Assembly (NCBI GenBank): GCA_963722735.1
Contig: CAVROH010000017.1
Location: forward strand, 51,075 to 115,074
Source of the DNA: an uncultured Chloroflexia bacterium
GTDB lineage: Bacteria; Chloroflexota; Anaerolineae; Anaerolineales; UBA11579
Direction: 5' to 3'
DNA length: 64,000 bases
The translations under genes were made by a program, and so were the position numbers. How positions within the stretch are numbered: position 1 is the stretch's first letter; every line of letters starts with the position of its first letter. Of the stretch, positions 9,373 through 18,217 are shown in pieces. Below the pieces are notes generated by a model. It had not been told where the DNA came from. It saw only the letters and a program-made list of their open reading frames with translations, and did no database searches.

Positions 9373-9457
9373 TGACCAAATAGATACTATTCATCTGGGG
9401 CATCCCTGATGCTGGTGGATTTTTAATCCCCAGCTGGGAGAGCATAGGAGATACTAT

Positions 9458-10273
9458 TTGAGATCAGGCGGGCTGGGTCGGGCGATATTCCGCTCGGAAC
9501 CTGGTAGTGATAGTGGTAGAGAATCAGGCAGCCGCCGGATCTGGGCCGCTGTCATCTTTACTATTGGCGTCCTGGTCGGGATGGTAATGATGGGGGCTTC
9601 GATCTATGCTGATTTTGAAGCCACCCTCTTCGATGTTTTTCTCAATACTGCCGCCAGCCCCAGGTTGGTGCATTGTCCTATCCTATTGTCTTCCAAAGAG
9701 AGCGGTCTGGTCACTGCCAACTTCCGCAACCGGAGTGATGAACCAGTCACCCGTTTAGTGCGTACCCATATTAGCCGTGGACACCTCACCTTGATGCGGG
9801 AATTTGAAGAACGCCTGGAGATTGCTCCGGGCGAAGTCATTGATCTTGAATGGGAAGTCACCGAAAAGGATGCTGCCTACGGGCACCTGATCTTTGCCAA
9901 GGTCATCTTCCTGGAGAATGCCCTCAAGCCGATCACGCGCGGATCTTGCGGTATCCTCGTCCTCCAGCTCCCCTGGGGGCTGCATGGATGGACCGTGGTA
10001 ACGATAATGTACCTGGTCTCTTTCACCTTCATCATCTCATCTTTGGCTCTCTGGTGGCGTCATGGACGGTCGTATTCCGGAATTCGCCTGGAAGCCACCC
10101 GGGCTATGTTTGTTCTTGGAGTAGATGTGCTTATTGGCCTTGTCTTTGCTCTGGCTGGTATCTGGGAAGTCGCCGCCCTAACGTTCTACATATCTATTTT
10201 GGCAATCGGTGTGGTTGTTCCCCACTTCCTGTTTAATTTTATCCTCACAAAAGGGGAGATTTTCATTGAATAA
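9458..10273 (+). CDS. membrane protein, unknown function
   Basis: ORF with a TTG start preceded by AGGAG. It has one N-terminal TM helix, a soluble domain of about 130 aa and C-terminal TM helices. I recognise no family. Confidence 0.5.
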   Translation: MRSGGLGRAIFRSEPGSDSGRESGSRRIWAAVIFTIGVLVGMVMMGASIYADFEATLFDVFLNTAASPRLVHCPILLSSKESGLVTANFRNRSDEPVTRLVRTHISRGHLTLMREFEERLEIAPGEVIDLEWEVTEKDAAYGHLIFAKVIFLENALKPITRGSCGILVLQLPWGLHGWTVVTIMYLVSFTFIISSLALWWRHGRSYSGIRLEATRAMFVLGVDVLIGLVFALAGIWEVAALTFYISILAIGVVVPHFLFNFILTKGEIFIE

Positions 10274-10328
10274 ATAGCAAGAGCCAGGTCTGATGACCTG
10301 GCTCTCTTTTCCTTATAGTCTGTACGGT

Positions 10329-13300
10329 TTAGGGATTGAACGTACACCGGTTGATATAAACATACCAGGATCCACACATAAGTCCCCAACTCCTGTTGGA
10401 TGGGGAGATTTGGATATAGTCTCCCCCGTCTAGGGGATCGTCCGTAACACAGCGGCCAGCACTGGATAGTCGATTACCCATGATGCGCCAGTTCATATCA
10501 GGCTCATAGTACCCGGTGGTAGACCCCAGACTTTCGCGTTCCTGTTCTCCTCTTACGTCCACAACGATGCTTTCTTCCCCATGAACGTAGAGATCTGTAG
10601 TATACCGGTCTGCATCCCACCCATAGATAGGGATGAACTGGGTGGTATCCCCATGGGTCTCACCCTCGTAGTGCCAGGATACTATCCTCTGGTTGCTGTA
10701 CTCGGATCTGACAAACACATCGACCCAGACATCATAATCGTGACCAGCCCACCGCCCATAATTGGGACATTCGTGCAATATTGAATCCGGGTACCATCTC
10801 ATGTAGACCCCATTCCATACCAGGCGGATGTTTTCGCCACCGGGGACTTCGAAGTCATTATTATCCTCATCAGTTTCCGTGATGGTATCCATCGGATCCA
10901 GCTGTACGGTGTAGCCGTCATTCATCAATGCCCGCTGTTCTGGAGTGAGCGTCCAATCCAGCCAGATGCCGTTTTCGCGCTCAAGGATCTCCCCTGCAAA
11001 CAGCCCATCAGGAGAATTGAAATCGTTGGTTGATCCAGGCACATCGATTCCCACAACCAGGTCGGCAAGATTCACGTCACTGGTCCCGAGAGAATTTCGA
11101 TGCGAACCCACGTTCCAGACCCGCATTTTCAAGGTGTTGCTGTCAAAATCATATTGGACATCATGCAGGCGCAAGTCCGGTCGGGGCATACAGTAGCTCA
11201 TGGATGAATGCTGCAATGCCCCGGTATTCTCATACAGCTCCAGAACCTCATTGTTTTCATCAATCTTAATACAGTATTCCCAGATATTGGTGGCAGTAGT
11301 TTCAGTTCTGATTACCTTGGTTTCCCCAACATCCAGCACGAAATCTGTTTCTGTATAGCTGCTGTGAATGGTGCGCTCCCTCCCATCTAAATCTAAGCGT
11401 AGGGTATGGTTCGCCCACATGGCGCTGCCATTGTTGGTGATTTCGAGGATGATTTGGTTGGTACCAGGTTCAAGCAGCATTCCGGTAATATCCAGCCAGG
11501 GCAGCGGCATCCAGTCTTCTCCCACGCCAAGTGGAGTGCCGCCCTGGTGGCTGATTGTGTAGTCAGCCTGGCAGAGCGAATGACCTGCTTCATCGGTTCT
11601 CACTGAGTACAGGGTGCCCTCAAAGTAGCCATACGACATCAGCTCAGAATAACTATATTCATCGAAGTAACTTTCACATATCGTGTCGAATCCATCCCAG
11701 CCCAGATATTTTGCCAGGTCGAACCCGACCAGAATATATTCACCTGGAGTTGGTTCGATGGTGAAGTGACTCTGCTGACCAGAGCTGTCCCAGATCATTT
11801 CATGGAGATCATAGGTCTGATTAGGAAGCAGGTCAAATCCCTGGAAGATCCGACCATCTCCATTGGCATAAAAGCTGCCGGAAACCGGCCCCACATACCC
11901 GGCCCAGTTATTTGGCCTGCCATCCCCGGGGATGTTGCCTGTCCGCAGGGTGTGGAAATCGACAATGAATTCCGGCTGGCAGTCTGTGCGCACCGGGTCA
12001 TCCGGATCTGGAAGGATTGCCGGCTCGGAGGCTTCTGAGAAATCTCCATCCGGATAGGGATGCTTGTACGCTCTTACGGTAAATTCATACTCGGTTCTAC
12101 AGGGAGGTGTGAACCAGGAATACGGGATCCTTGCTGCTCGAGTGGCATTCCCATCCTGGTGAGCAGTGAACACCAGGGTGTCATTCACATAGATCATGAA
12201 TCCGGTTACACCAGCGCCGGCATTATCGGGCGTGTTTTCCCAATCCCACATCAACTCCTGCCGCCTTTCGTCGATCCTCACGTTGAACGGCACCGGGATA
12301 GTTGGATCAAGCTCCTTGGCTGCTGGTGGCTCCTGCCCGATCCGGTAGGCAAATCGGAACCAGCCATCCTCGCTGGCTTCGACATTCCTGGTGACCCCGT
12401 CCCAATCTTCTGGAGGCGCAGTGATATCCGCAACACCCAGGTTGATCGCCTCGGTGCCGCCGCCGCTGATCGCAACACAGTTGACCTTGGCTGTGACTGG
12501 CTCTGAAGTCGGCCAGGCAGTAACGAGTGCATTATCTTCACTCATATGATCGGCGATATTCCACATGAGATCATCGATCATCAGGAAACTTTCATCCGTT
12601 GATTGGTTCAGGTCGGTATCCGGATACCATGCCGGTGTGCTATCGCCCAAACCAACATAGCAGTGCACCCCTTCATAGGCGGCATCCGTCTCCAGGCCAA
12701 GACCTTCCAGGTACAGAATGGTATACCCATCCTCACCAGTGGGTTCATCATCAGCTGGATCATCCAGGCTAAAAAAGCCAAACAGGAATTGCAGGATCGT
12801 AATATCACCCGAAGGAAACGCAGATGGTGGTGGATCGTCACTGCTGCCAGGAGCAGGTTCATCCCCGCCTCCGGGACCAGGCTCGTCTCCACCGCTGCCG
12901 GGAGCAGGTTCCCCACCACCGCCGCTGGGTTCAGGTTCTTCACCACTACCGCTGGGAGCGGGCTCATCACCACCAGGGGCAGGCTCATCCCCTGGATCGC
13001 CTGGCTCATCAATCACTGGCACATCTCCCCCCTCGGAGGGTTCTTCCGCTAGCGGATCGATCCCAGCAGGCACATCCTCCGGTGCCTCGGCCGCCGTCAC
13101 AATGATGCTGCCCACCCCTGCCACTCCTTTGCTATCAATGGCCCTGATGATAATCTCGTGGGTCCCAACTCCGATTGGCGCCCAGGATTTGTGCAGCACC
13201 AGTGGGGAGATTGCCTCTCCGTTTTTGGCATCCACCGCGAATTGGAATTCGCCATCCACCCATAACTCTATGCGCGAGACTCCATCTTCAGACCGTGCTG

Positions 13301-13502
13301 TGGCGTGGACTGTGGTTCCGACCCGTTCATATAACGATTCTTGATTGTAGGGCTGGTGGATTAGCACCTGGGGTGGCGAGATATTCGCCTCCAGGCGAAA
13401 AGCCATATAGCGATAGCCAAGCAAGAGGATCAGCGCTAGAAATGCCACTGCCGCAAGGATCAGGACGATCACCCATACGCGGGACTTTGATTTGGTTTCC
13501 AT
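10329..13502 (-). CDS. large membrane-anchored surface protein (Ig-like domain, acidic Pro/Gly-rich linker, CARDB-like repeats)
   Basis: Intact 1057-aa ORF with a GGGAGGG RBS. The N-terminal TM anchor is followed by an Ig-like domain (SRIELWVDGEF...HEIIIRAIDSKG). Next comes the linker GDEPAPGGDEPAPSGSGEEPEPSGGGGEPAPGSGGDEPGPGGGDEPAPG, then CARDB-like stretches (LRLHDVQYDFDSNTLKMRVWNVGS). Confidence 0.7.
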   Translation of the reverse strand: METKSKSRVWVIVLILAAVAFLALILLLGYRYMAFRLEANISPPQVLIHQPYNQESLYERVGTTVHATARSEDGVSRIELWVDGEFQFAVDAKNGEAISPLVLHKSWAPIGVGTHEIIIRAIDSKGVAGVGSIIVTAAEAPEDVPAGIDPLAEEPSEGGDVPVIDEPGDPGDEPAPGGDEPAPSGSGEEPEPSGGGGEPAPGSGGDEPGPGGGDEPAPGSSDDPPPSAFPSGDITILQFLFGFFSLDDPADDEPTGEDGYTILYLEGLGLETDAAYEGVHCYVGLGDSTPAWYPDTDLNQSTDESFLMIDDLMWNIADHMSEDNALVTAWPTSEPVTAKVNCVAISGGGTEAINLGVADITAPPEDWDGVTRNVEASEDGWFRFAYRIGQEPPAAKELDPTIPVPFNVRIDERRQELMWDWENTPDNAGAGVTGFMIYVNDTLVFTAHQDGNATRAARIPYSWFTPPCRTEYEFTVRAYKHPYPDGDFSEASEPAILPDPDDPVRTDCQPEFIVDFHTLRTGNIPGDGRPNNWAGYVGPVSGSFYANGDGRIFQGFDLLPNQTYDLHEMIWDSSGQQSHFTIEPTPGEYILVGFDLAKYLGWDGFDTICESYFDEYSYSELMSYGYFEGTLYSVRTDEAGHSLCQADYTISHQGGTPLGVGEDWMPLPWLDITGMLLEPGTNQIILEITNNGSAMWANHTLRLDLDGRERTIHSSYTETDFVLDVGETKVIRTETTATNIWEYCIKIDENNEVLELYENTGALQHSSMSYCMPRPDLRLHDVQYDFDSNTLKMRVWNVGSHRNSLGTSDVNLADLVVGIDVPGSTNDFNSPDGLFAGEILERENGIWLDWTLTPEQRALMNDGYTVQLDPMDTITETDEDNNDFEVPGGENIRLVWNGVYMRWYPDSILHECPNYGRWAGHDYDVWVDVFVRSEYSNQRIVSWHYEGETHGDTTQFIPIYGWDADRYTTDLYVHGEESIVVDVRGEQERESLGSTTGYYEPDMNWRIMGNRLSSAGRCVTDDPLDGGDYIQISPSNRSWGLMCGSWYVYINRCTFNP

Positions 13503-13514
13503 TGTTATCCCTCC

Positions 13515-14605
13515 CTAGTTGAGTTTGATGGTGAAGTAAAACCAGTCAGAAAAGTCACCCAAGTTGCCAACGCCATCTACCGCACGGACCCTGAAGCGGT
13601 ACATAAATCCACATTCCACGGTCAGTTCTTTCTCCAGTACGGAAATACCGGTGAATACACTGCCTGGGATTGACTGCCAGTTGTTATCTCCGGGCTGCCT
13701 TTCGGCTTGGATCCGGTACTCTGAGATCCCGCTGGGATCGCTAGGTGCGGTCCAGCGAAGCATCAGCGAGGGAATGCAGGAGAACTCGTACCCATTGACC
13801 GGTTTCAGTACGGTTGGTTCCGCTGGCCCATTCGTATCTGGAGGCGGTGTCGCCATCGTTGGTGTTGGCGTTGGTGTAAATGTCGGGGTGGGGGCATCAG
13901 CGCACACACCGGTGACATTGATCGTCACCCGGAAAGTCTCCTCGGTGCCATCAAAATAGGTCACCGTCATCGGGTAAGTCTGTGATTCGCACATGCACTC
14001 GTAGTAGCTGCCCTGAAGGTTCTGGTCGCGGTCCGCCAAAGTGAACAATGGAGACATTCTGGACATCCCAATAGATCGTTGTACAGCCGCCGGCTTCAAT
14101 CGTCTCCGGATCTGCCCAGTAATTGATGACTGGTTCTTCATCGTTAGGCACTTGTGTCACGGGTACTGGTGTCGGCGTGGGTGTGTCTGTAGGGGTTGGC
14201 GGTAGAGCTTGGGTCTCATCAGCCTGGGGCAGCGAGGCTGCCTGCTGACCGATCGTCACTACAGCATTGTCTGGATCACTGACTACCCCGTTTGCGCCGG
14301 TAGCCACCACCTGAACATTGTAGTCCCCTGGACCGGTGGGTGTGAAGCTGGATTCGAACTCTGCCAGATTCCCATCTCCAGGTGGGTTGGAAATCGTCTC
14401 GACCAGATTGCCATTCACCCATACCTCTACCTGGGCGACCCCTTCAGGGCTGGAGGCGTGGCCAACAATATTGACAGGGACCACCTCCGCCAGGGATGTC
14501 GGATTCAGAGGAACGTCAATCCAGACATACGTCCCTCCTGACCTTCCGCTGCATCCGGCCAGGAGCAGCATGAAAATTTAACAATAATGTCCATTTTTTG
14601 AACAT
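13515..14605 (-). pseudogene. surface lipoprotein with Ig-like and fibronectin-III-like domains; frameshifted (about 14045 and in the signal peptide about 14575)
   Basis: ORFs 13951-14571 and 13515-14141 join at IYWDVQNV|...TLADRDQNL. The upstream MFKKWTLLLNF (ATG 14605, GGAGG RBS) joins MLLLAGCSG (lipobox) after a 1-nt shift. The gene has TPTPTP linkers and a C-terminal FN3-like stretch (LRWTAPSDPSGISEYRIQ...YRFRVRAVD). Its stop is 12 nt before the next gene. Confidence 0.6.
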
Positions 14606-15092
14606 GATTAACCTCCTCAGGTTGTATCAATCGGTTGTCAGTCATCAGGGAAGGCGAAGTCTCTTGATAAGTGAAGGATTTGCCCTGTATGTAATCATTG
14701 TAGGGATTTTGAATACCCGGGTCAATAGGAACAGAGGACCGGAGAGGAGGTTTTTACCTCTTAACGAATAGGACAAAGGTGCTAAAAATCTGTCTTTGGC
14801 GGTGATTTTCCCATCTTCCCCTAAAAAATCTGATGAGTTTGTGCTATGGTGCTGGATCTGGCTGCTAGCTTCGAGGATCATACATCGAAGCCTAACAGGC
14901 GGGTATCTCCACGAATTAGCCAAATCCTCACTATAGATATAATCTATCGAATTCCATAGCATAAATCTATTCTGTTTGGGACAAAAGACCCTGCTATTCT
15001 GCTCTGAACCGGAATATGATAATGTCACTCAAGAGAACGACTATGTCGTGAGCATAAGCTTCCTGTTCGTTACTCTTTACCTTTCCTAATTG

Positions 15093-15116
15093 GAGCCGCA
15101 TGGGGATGCGGCTCCG
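15093..15116 (-). terminator. hairpin downstream of the LysR gene
   Basis: GGAGCCGCAT-gggg-ATGCGGCTCC lies 10 nt past the stop at 15127. There is no clear U-tract. Confidence 0.4.
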
Positions 15117-15126
15117 AAAGTTTAAC

Positions 15127-16053
15127 TCAGTCATTGAAGGGCAGGGGGAGTAGATCCTTATTTGATGGATCGTGAACGAAACTCCAGAAGGCATCTGTCA
15201 CCCGTTGGGGGGTATTCAGGATCCTTCTCGCCAAAAATACCCGGCGGTGCAGGTTCCAGTCTGCCAACTTCACAACGGCCACTTTTCCCAGCTCTTTTCC
15301 TTCCCGGGCAAGATGTTCGCTGACGAAAGAGACCCCATATCCAGCTCCAACTGCCTGAACGATCCCTTCCGCATTGCCAATTTCCAGGAAGACATCCAGG
15401 TCTTCATATTGGATGTCATGTTTGCTCAATTCCGATAGCACTACCCGCCGGGACCCGGAACTCGCTTCCCGCATGATGACCTTCTCGCCCAGCAGATCAG
15501 AAGGGGTCAGATCATCTCTGTTTGCCCAGGGGTGGTCTGCCGGCACGATCATCTGGATCGTATCGATATACAGCGTCTGCGCCTGGATCGAATGAGAATC
15601 CAGTTCATGGGTCATAACCGCCAGGTTAGCTTGATCATCCAGCAGCCTGGGAACGATCTCATCTGAGGAACAGGGGAGAATGCTGACATGGACATCTGGG
15701 AAGCGCCTGCGGAACCGGGCGGCGATATGCGGCAGGACATATTTTCCCGATGCTGCGCTGCAAGCGATCCGTAGATGCCCCACTGCTTTGTTCTGAATCG
15801 CCCCCATCAGTTCCTGGATCTCGTTAGATTGCAGGATCAGTTTCTTTGCCCATGGGATTAGCATCGTGCCTGCCTCGGTTAACACCAATTGGTTTCCCCG
15901 GCGTTCAAATAAAGCCACCCCCAGATTTTTCTCAAGTGTTTTAATATGATGGCTGATGGTTGGTTGTGTTAGATGCAGTTGCTTGCTGGCCTCAGAGAAA
16001 CTGAGTGTCTCAGCCGCAATAATAAAGGCTCGCAATCGGGTAAGATCGATCAT
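15127..16053 (-). CDS. LysR family transcriptional regulator
   Basis: N-terminal wHTH LRAFIIAAETLSFSEASKQLHLTQPTISHHIKTLEKNLGVALFERRG plus a LysR substrate-binding domain. Confidence 0.9.
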   Translation of the reverse strand: MIDLTRLRAFIIAAETLSFSEASKQLHLTQPTISHHIKTLEKNLGVALFERRGNQLVLTEAGTMLIPWAKKLILQSNEIQELMGAIQNKAVGHLRIACSAASGKYVLPHIAARFRRRFPDVHVSILPCSSDEIVPRLLDDQANLAVMTHELDSHSIQAQTLYIDTIQMIVPADHPWANRDDLTPSDLLGEKVIMREASSGSRRVVLSELSKHDIQYEDLDVFLEIGNAEGIVQAVGAGYGVSFVSEHLAREGKELGKVAVVKLADWNLHRRVFLARRILNTPQRVTDAFWSFVHDPSNKDLLPLPFND

Positions 16054-16071
16054 AGGCGGTGTCTTCCTGCC

Positions 16072-16088
16072 TTCAGCAACCCACTGAA
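16072..16088. promoter_or_regulatory. candidate LTTR box (TTCAG-N7-CTGAA) in the divergent lysR/GGDEF spacer
   Basis: A 5-bp-arm inverted repeat that fits the T-N11-A architecture. It is centred about 50-60 bp upstream of the TATAAT at 16130-16135. Confidence 0.3.
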
Positions 16089-16129
16089 GTCCAATCCTGA
16101 AATTTCATAGGTGGTTTTACTTTATTGGA

Positions 16130-16135
16130 TATAAT
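16130..16135 (+). promoter_or_regulatory. candidate -10 box (TATAAT) only 9 nt before the ATG at 16145
   Basis: GATATAAT-acactaatc-ATG, which implies a leaderless or very short-leader mRNA. Confidence 0.3.
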
Positions 16136-16144
16136 ACACTAATC

Positions 16145-18217
16145 ATGATCAATTTGTATGAAAAGCTCCACTCACTTTTGGAACCGGTCTTCAAAGTTGC
16201 CTTCCAGGATGATCGATCCCGAAAGGATTATGTGGTTTTATCAGCGTTGATCGTGGTGGCTCTTCCTGTTGTGATCGGACTGGTTGTTTTCGGAGTATTT
16301 TCATTATTTGGCATCAGGTCGGAGTTGATTGGAGAGTCCTTTTCCTTCTGGCAACCATTGTCGGGATCGGATTTATCCTCATCTGGTTGGACAAGTTTAG
16401 GGCTGCCCGGTATCTGTTGGTGAGTGTCTTTTTTATCTATTCTCTTTCGCCATCCTGTATCAAGGGTTTACATTAGCTGGTGTTCTGGCAGTTGTGATCA
16501 CGATGCTGATCGCCTTCCTGGTCATCACCCGCCGCCAGACGATCGTCCTTCTGATTATTTTTCTTCCTCCCCTGGTGTATCGTTTTTTGGCGCCGCCTGA
16601 AGCCTATCACGCCATGGATATATGGCTGTACCTCGCCATGATGTCGGTGGTTGGCTTTTTGATCGGTCTCCTGAATTATCTAAACGAGCTCGCCCATAGC
16701 AGTCTTGTGCAGATCGATTCACTCCAGGCGGTTCAGCAGGCAGGGGTTTCTGTCCTTTCCTCTCTTGACTTGCAGGAAACTACCTCCAGTATTCTTGAGG
16801 AATTGCAAAATATCCTCCCTCATGATTCTGCCTCAGTTTTGCTGCTCCGTGATAGCAAGGAGTTGGAGATCGTAGCAGGCAGTGGTTGGAAAGATCCCTA
16901 TAATGTCATCGGGATCAGATTCCCAATTCCGGGAGACAATCCCAATTCGATCGTCATCCAGGAAGGCCGTCCTCATATTCTTTCAAATGCTCCGGAACAA
17001 TACCCGCCATTTCGGGAGGAACCGCACAACCACATCCTTTCCTGGTTAGGGGTCCCTTGATCACCAGGGGTGAGATCATCGGAATGATGGCGATCGATTC
17101 CAGACAGGAGGGCTATTTCTCTGAAGACCACATTCGCCTGGTCAGCGCTTTTGCCGACCATGTAGCAATTGCGATTGAGAATGCCCGTCTCTATGATCTT
17201 GCCACACAGGCGGCAAATCACCGCTCGATCCTTTACCACGCTTCCCAGGAAGTGATCAGGGCAGGCGAAGATCTGGAATATATTTATCACTCTATTCACA
17301 ATGCTGCCTCTGAACTTATGCTGGTTGAAGCCTTTGTGATCTCATTGCTGGATGAGACAGAGCAGTTCATTGATGGCGCTTACCTGATCGATCGCGCCGG
17401 GCGTGAGCAGAATATTCGCATCCCTCTCGGTGAGGGGATGTCTGGCACGGTCATCCAGACCGGGCAGACCATTCTGGAAACTGACATCCTGGCCAGACCG
17501 GAGTTCAAGGGTGAACATTTTGGGCATCAGGATCAGGTACGCTCCATTGTGGCGGTGCCTTTCTCGATCGGTAACAAGGTCATCGGCATGCTTTCAGCAC
17601 AGGCCTATTTGCCCAATGCCTATGGTCAGGAGGAATTAGAGTTACTCCAGCAGTTGGCTGCCCAGGCAGGCGTCGCTATTCAGAATGCCCGCTTGCTGAA
17701 ACGGATGGACCATCTCGCCAATACCGACAGCATGACAAGTTTGTTTAATCGACGGGCATTTGATACCTCCCTGGCTGCTGAGATCCATCGGGCGAAGCGA
17801 TATGGCTATCCTCTTGCTTTACTGATCATGGATATCGATGATTTCAAGCAGTTCAATGACCGTTACGGCCATAGCCGTGGGGATCTCCATCTCCGTCAGA
17901 TCGGCAGCCTGATCACGAACTCAGTACGTGAATCTGATATAGTTGCCCGCATCGGCGGTGAAGAATTCAGCGTCATTTTGCCTCACACCACATGTCTGGG
18001 CGCAGTGGAATTGGCCGAACGGATTCGAATGAATGTCGAGAATGCGTTCAAAGATAAGTTCATAGCGGGTGGAACGATCAGTATTGGCGTGGCGGAATTT
18101 CCACGCGATGGGGAGAATCCGGGTACCTTATTCGATGCAGCCGACCAGGTGATGTTCCAGGCTAAACGCAGCGGTAAGAACAGGGTTGGTACGCCCCACA
18201 ACCGGGAGCAATCCTGA
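16145..18217 (+). pseudogene. membrane-bound GAF-GAF-GGDEF diguanylate cyclase; 3 frame changes
   Basis: Fragments are 16145-16423, an unlisted TM piece (VLFLLATIVGIGFILIWLDKFRAARYLLVSVFFIY), 16494-17060 and 17057-18217. Breaks lie at about 16330, about 16440 (T-run) and about 17055 (CCC run; WLGVP|LITRGEIIGMMAID). The active site is RIGGEEF, with the I-site RESD 5 aa upstream. Confidence 0.8.

Noticed and set aside
12830-13020. Imperfect short tandem repeats at the DNA level, considered as a possible CRISPR or VNTR
   Set aside because: The repeats lie inside the intact 1057-aa ORF and encode the GDEPAPG-type acidic linker. There is no repeat-spacer periodicity and there are no cas genes.
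14645-15028. 127-aa minus-strand ORF in the AT-rich spacer
   Set aside because: It has no RBS, odd composition and no recognisable motif. I cannot support it as a gene, but the region is kept as a finding.
17050-17060. The many frame changes (for example at 17055 in the GGDEF gene, and in ftsY, rpsF and smc), considered as programmed ribosomal frameshifts
   Set aside because: They lack slippery heptamers or the CUU-UGA-type context seen in prfB. They occur in many unrelated genes at non-conserved positions, some at homopolymer runs. Indel error or decay is the more economical explanation.
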